Shown one piece after another: positions 57,701 through 57,905 of a stretch of 57,905 nucleotides of DNA; within the stretch, counting starts at the first letter, position 1, and the number at the start of each line of letters is the position of its first letter. The notes beneath the pieces were generated by a model that was not told the DNA's origin, ran no database searches, and saw only the letters and a list, made by a program, of their open reading frames with translations. Source of the DNA: Cercozoa sp. M6MM (taxonomy: Eukaryota; Protista; Endomyxa: Ascetosporea). The position numbers were made by a program, and so were the translations under genes. The DNA lies in NCBI GenBank assembly GCA_040357565.1, contig JBDODJ010000071.1; one strand, 5' to 3'.

Positions 57701-57905
57701 CTCGCCCACCACACACACATCCAGCTGCGCCACCGGCACCTACTCAATGGGGGAGTAGGGTAAAGTGGGGTAGGTAGGGGGTAGGTGGGGTAAATACCTG
57801 CGTCAGCGCCGTGTCGATCTCTTCGTCGACGCCAATGTCGATTTTGGCCGCCAACTGCGCCAACTTGAGCGCATCTGGGGGGAGGGGGTAAACGGGGGAG
57901 AAGGG
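54791..57905 (-). CDS. UTP13: U3 snoRNA-associated protein 13 / TBL3 (WD40 repeats + Utp13 C-terminal domain), 5' end outside window
   Basis: WD repeats: LEGHEHTVMCV, LVATAGKDNTVRVW, FLVSGAADRTVKLW, VAHDKDVNCLAVSP, SGHKRGIWDLTFSPRDRILASAAGDKTVRIWSLSDGTC and LQGHTGAVLRCVFLSQGTQLLTAGADSLLKLW. Utp13 domain: LALDLERPRDLL, REWNTSART and AYNDRHLRRCDRLLEQSYFVDY. Confidence 0.95.
57122..57221. other. Assembly gap (100 N) inside UTP13
   Basis: N run flanked by GGGGTAA-type repeats. Confidence 1.

Overview
Gene-dense, extremely intron-rich eukaryotic (protist-like) DNA read with the standard code and GT-AG introns of roughly 50-150 nt. The supplied ORF track is mostly artefact, so I spliced exons by eye. 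Ten gene models, in order: the 3' part of a Rad5/SHPRH-type SNF2 RING helicase (+); a PP2C phosphatase apparently fused to a signal-peptide-bearing Q/P-rich N-terminus (+); a ~25.7 kb gene of roughly 160-170 short exons encoding a giant uncharacterised Leu/Ala-rich helical protein whose last residues (ESESESDDGAFSLFD*) match the ribosomal P-stalk C-terminal motif (+); an Ariadne-type RBR E3 ligase (-); an Sfi1-repeat-like coiled-coil protein (-); a multi-OB-fold RADX/RPA1-like protein (+); an LCM-family SAM methyltransferase (+); two tandem paralogous small membrane proteins (-); and the 3' part of UTP13/TBL3 (-). Introns inside the long genes are filled with strand-oriented TTACCCC-type and (TG)n/(TA)n/(CT)n repeats and have degenerate donors. 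The most interesting candidates are the P-stalk-like tail on the giant protein, the possibly secreted PP2C, and the intron architecture. Coordinates are gene spans, not exon lists; start codons and exon counts are estimates; family comparisons are from memory, not database searches.
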